64,000 nucleotides of DNA from Octopus sinensis (taxonomy: Eukaryota). Made by a program: the position numbers and the translations under genes. Under the pieces are notes generated by a model. That model saw only the letters and a list, made by a program, of their open reading frames with translations, was not told where the DNA came from and did no database searches. The stretch is taken from assembly GCF_006345805.1 (NCBI RefSeq), contig NW_021836000.1:62001-126000 (forward strand). The letters run 5' to 3'. Shown piece by piece: positions 59,750 to 64,000 of this stretch (its first letter is position 1; every line of letters begins with the position of its first letter).

Positions 59750-61230
59750 TGAAAAGAAATAGTCCACTATCTAGGATGTAGAAGATGCTACGAAAAATTT
59801 CGGGACTATGATGCACAAACAGGTGTGGAACCTGGTGACTCACTGAATATGAACAAATTTATGAAGCACTGTGTCTCAATCAGCTACAAACCATATCAGA
59901 AACACAATAGGCCACTAAATTCTGTGCGAAAACCAAAAAAGGGACAGCTATCAACCCCTTTTCTACCTGATCAAGTCACATTGGTAATCCAACACACAAA
60001 GAATACAATTTCCTGTAGTCCAGACGGAATACCAATGATTCTCCTCAAGAAACTGGGTCCTGTAGCTATCACGGCATTAACGGCCATCTACAACCAGTCA
60101 GTAAATGAAAACAGTATTCCAAATATATGGAAACAATCCAAAATCCATCCAATCTTAAAACCTGGGAAGGAGAGGAACGAACCAGATGCAGCCTTTCAAA
60201 ATGGCTTTAAGAAAGGACTATCAACTACATCTCATTTACTGTCCCTGAAACAATTTATTACAAAAGGGTTGGAAAGGAAACCAAAACAAAAAAAAGATTG
60301 TATGCTCGATTAATATTCACAATGCTTTTGACACGGTCTCCCGAAAAATTCTTACGCAGAAAATTTACTCGTTGAATATGGAACCAAATTTAAAACTATG
60401 GCTCGCCAATTTCTGAATGAACGTCGGAGTAGAATCTACAAGGGCAATCGAAGATCTGCTTCAAAGCTACTACCGAATGGAGTGCCCCGTATTATTCAAC
60501 TTAATGTTGAACGATATGCCTCTTCCTGAAAACAAGAATGACATTTTACTATCATATGCGGATGGTATAATCGTTGGATCGAGGGATATATGTGTCAGCA
60601 AAGCTACAAAAAGATTACAGAAAAATATAAACAACCTGTGTATATGGCTCAATGCCAATCTCCTGAAAGCAAGCCCGGAAAAGTCTGAGCTAATTTTTTT
60701 CACAACTAACAAAAGACTGGGGAATTTGTCGATAAATGTGACCATGGAAGGGAAATCAATTCCTCAAAATAAAACTCTAAAAATACTAGGGATCACCTTT
60801 GACACCTTTCTAACCTTTACTCCCCATACGGAAAACGTGTTGATGAAATGCAATAAGAAACTAAACTTTCTTAAAGCATTTCTTGGAAACTTGGAAGACG
60901 CCAAAGGAACTTACGGATTAGAGTCTCTATACACCCAATACATTAAACCGACAATTGGTTACGGATGTACAGTATGGGGAAGCAATCTAGCATATACAAA
61001 TGTCAAAAAAATCGACAATGTTCAAATGGAGATTGTAAACCTTCTAGCGAATGTCACGGGGAACAAAATTCAACCAAAGTGACTAGAAGAAATCGTGAAT
61101 GAAAAAGGTGGCGACCTCAGGAAAAAAGTCCATGTTCGGGATTCCCGACCTCTTAGATAATGCGCTGCAGAACACAGAAAAAAGATACGAAGGTTTCTAA
61201 AAGAGGCTGGAATCATTTGAAATAGTTAAT
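59750..61230 (+). pseudogene. Decayed Jockey/I-like LINE RT related to 43632-45095
   Basis: SPDGIP, WKQSKIHPILKPG, FQNGFKKGLST, SYADG, ILGITFD; frameshifts and deletions. Confidence 0.85.
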
Positions 61231-61784
61231 TATGGTTATGACGGTGTTTTTGGTCCTAGTAAATAAAAAAAGGTCAAAAAATGTAAAGGGCTGCCGATTT
61301 ATTAATAAATAATTTGGAGTGATAGGTGGCTTTGTTGCCATTAATTTTTTTTGACTAGCTAATAAATAAATAGTCAATACTTGGCAATGTACACATTTGT
61401 TTAAAACACAAAAAAATCTTCTCTCATTATGTTGTAGAAATATTCCTCAACATACTACTATGTCTATTCCGGCCAAAATGATTTTTATTATGCTAAAACT
61501 TCAATAAAGCAAATAAACTACACAAATTATCTTGAATTTCCTTTCCTTATCTTTAGCTGCAAGAGACTGAGACAGTTGAATCTTACAAATAGAGCTGCCT
61601 GAGTTTGACCTCTTTGATTAAACAAATTGATTATTTCCAATTTTTGAGAAAGTGTAAGATCACGACGTAAGGAAGATGATATGTGTTATAATGATTAAAT
61701 TTTAAAATTACGAAGAAAAAATATTAAATGTACGTAAAATTATTTTTTATAATATTTGATACAAGGTAACAAAATTAGAACCAT

Positions 61785-62500
61785 ACTATAAAGAAAAGAT
61801 CAAAGTGGTGACATACGCAGACGATGTTGATTTTATTTCCTCCGACAGGAATGCTATGGAAAGCTTGTTGGAGGTGATGCCAAATAAACATGCTGAGTGG
61901 TTCCTCAATGTTTGGAGACGAACAAGACGTGATAATGCGTAAACACACGCAAACAACGCACTAAGCAGCCTAAAGGAAATTTGGCTAAAACGCAAATGAC
62001 TCAGTACACATACACGGATACGCTTATTCAAATTACTGGTGAAACCTATTCTCCTTTATAATGCCGGAACATGGGGACTTTCTGATACGAACAATTTGAA
62101 GCCAGATTCCTTCATAAAGACCAACTTCGTCGCACTCTAAGCTCTTAATGGCATTCAAGGCTCAGCAGTAAAACAGTTTATGCCAGAACATCAAGCAAAC
62201 CAATCTCTGATGCAGATAGAGGCTATCCGGACACATCCTAATGGTGGATTTGGATGCACCGGCAAACACCGCTATGGAAGACTATTTCGTAACTGACGGC
62301 TTTTGTATCCATGGAGTCCCAATAAATACTTTCTTGGTGACACTGGAAAGAGACCTTTGGAGTGTCAGAAAACTTTTAAGGACGGGGACGATCTTGACGC
62401 ATTGCGGGACGTCGGCCAAGAAAGAGGGAAATGGTCCAAACTATTAACTCTTATTGTTTCTTGCGCTGCACAAGCTTTGTCATGATCCATTGAATCGCGA
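61785..62500 (+). pseudogene. RTE-like LINE RT C-terminal fragment
   Basis: VVTYADDVDF; TRIRLFKLLVKPILLYNAGTW; NTFLVTLERDL..LRDVGQERGKW. Confidence 0.7.
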
Positions 62501-62934
62501 AAGTGCATAAATAATAATAGGGTAACAAAATGGGCGATTTTCAGAATAGGACTGTGACAATAATTAAACTAAATAATAAAAATAATCATTATATCAATAA
62601 ATAAAGAGTCAAATTACGAGTTTAGACTAAAATACTTTTCAACTAAAAATCGTATTTTCGAATAATTGATTGATCATTTAAATTTCGTGAATATTAAAAG
62701 TATCGTCTTGAGTATGATACTTTTTATATTATGCAAAATTTTAAACGCCTCTTCATGATTTATTTTATTTGCGAGTGTTATTTCATCAAAAATACCACGT
62801 GTTTGTTTTTCATCATCGTTTTTGAGGGATTCTTCTATTTAAACGTGTAATCAAAAAAATCTGATTGTTCCATTGGATACAAAATATTAAATTGCTTTAC
62901 TGTCTCTTCATATTTCTCAATCATATAGCTAGAA

Positions 62935-63890
62935 CAGGGGTCGGCAAATACTTTTGGAGAAGAGCCAATTTTGAACATTTTTGGAAATTTCGAAAAATTG
63001 AAGAGCCACCTTTTACCACTTGTCAAAAATTTAAATTCATAAAATTAAATAGACATTAATTAAAAAAATAATTAAAAATTCATTTTAGAAAATTAAATTA
63101 ATTAGACGCATTAATTTAAATTGCTGACTTTAGCACGTAGAGGGTTTATAACGAACGATAGTGTTGCTTTTTCTTTTCTAAAATCCTTAAACCTTTTTAT
63201 ATTTAAACATTCATTTTTAACCTGTCATTGAAAGATTCCTTCATATACAAAAGAACATTTTTAAAATAAGTTTTATTTATAGTTCGATCATTTTCTTTCA
63301 AATATTAGCGTAATTTAGGAAAATGTAAAATATTTTGTTTCCCTTTTTGCGATTTGGGACCAATTCCCCATCGGCGATCTCGTGGCTTAATAAAAAACTG
63401 GCAATATTTGCAGTCCTGGCATTGTCAGACCAACATTTAAAAGCAGAATTCTCGAACTGATTATTCTTTGTAAGTTCTTCCACAGTTTTCTTTCGGGAAT
63501 CACCAATTGGATATTTTTTGGCGAAATTTAAGTGTTTTGTGTTAAAGTGTCTCTCTAAATTTGACTTTTTATTTTGATTCAAAGTTTCCTGGCAAATGAG
63601 ACATTTCGGTAGTTGTTCTGAATTAGACGTACATGCAAAAGTTTCAGTCCATTTTGATTGAAAATGTCGCTCATTATCGATTTTTTATTAATTTTTTCTT
63701 GCTAGGCATATATCGATGTACCACAAAAAATTAATGTTAAACGTGCAAAGATTTTTTGTTATTAACAAAACAAAAAAAATAGTTAAAAATTGAAATCATT
63801 TATAAAAAAAAATAGTTAAAAATTGAAAGAGCCTACCGAAAGAGTTAAAGAGCCTTCAAAGGCTCGCGAGCCTGCTTTTGCCGACCCCTG
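62935..63890 (-). mobile_element. 956-bp deleted hAT (Buster/GTF2IRD2-like) with TIRs and 8-bp TSD
   Basis: AGCTAGAA|CAGGGGTCGGCAAA...TTTGCCGACCCCTG|AGCTAGAA (central TA). Minus strand encodes CLICQETLNQNKKSNLERHFNTKH. Confidence 0.93.
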
Positions 63891-64000
63891 AGCTAGAAGA
63901 TTGGATTTTTTCTTCACATGGAATCCACTTTGAATGGTGAAACAATTTTTGATAGTTTTTTCGGTTACTTTATTCTAATCAGAAAAGGTAAACAAAACTC

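Noticed and set aside
1-64000. rRNA, tRNA, snRNA or spliced-leader genes as CRE target sites
   Set aside because: None recognisable by eye and the junction flanks are other TEs; an Infernal/Rfam scan would be needed to exclude them fully.

Overview
This is an AT-rich eukaryotic window made almost entirely of nested, partly segmentally duplicated transposable elements. I found no rRNA, tRNA, CRISPR array or intact recognisable housekeeping gene. (1) Two intact single-ORF non-LTR retrotransposons sit head-to-head (8280-11264 minus, 13048-15945 plus). Each encodes an N-terminal PHD finger, a reverse transcriptase and a C-terminal CCHC/restriction-like endonuclease (CRE-clade-like), and six further truncated copies from several lineages are scattered through the window. 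(2) Ginger-like DNA transposons (HHCC + DDE integrase, TGT...ACA ends, 5-bp TAATA TSD) include an 851-bp deletion derivative carrying degenerate telomere-like (CCCTAA) repeats. Seven of the eight CRE-like copies lie in or against these Ginger-like elements. (3) Merlin, pogo/Tigger and hAT elements are present, several with complete TIRs and TSDs. (4) Jockey/I-like, RTE-like and R4/Dong-like LINE remnants occur, along with a decayed Upf1/IGHMBP2-type SF1 helicase gene and a pair of small orphan ORFs. Ginger, Merlin and pogo transposases and the helicase are interrupted by 23-32 nt GT-AG introns whose removal restores conserved motifs, pointing to a host with ultra-short introns and the standard code. 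Best candidate for a new system: PHD-bearing RLE retrotransposons with short, unrelated TSDs, atypical ends and a possible preference for Ginger-like elements. All calls come from manual motif reading; no database search was run, and boundaries of decayed elements are approximate.
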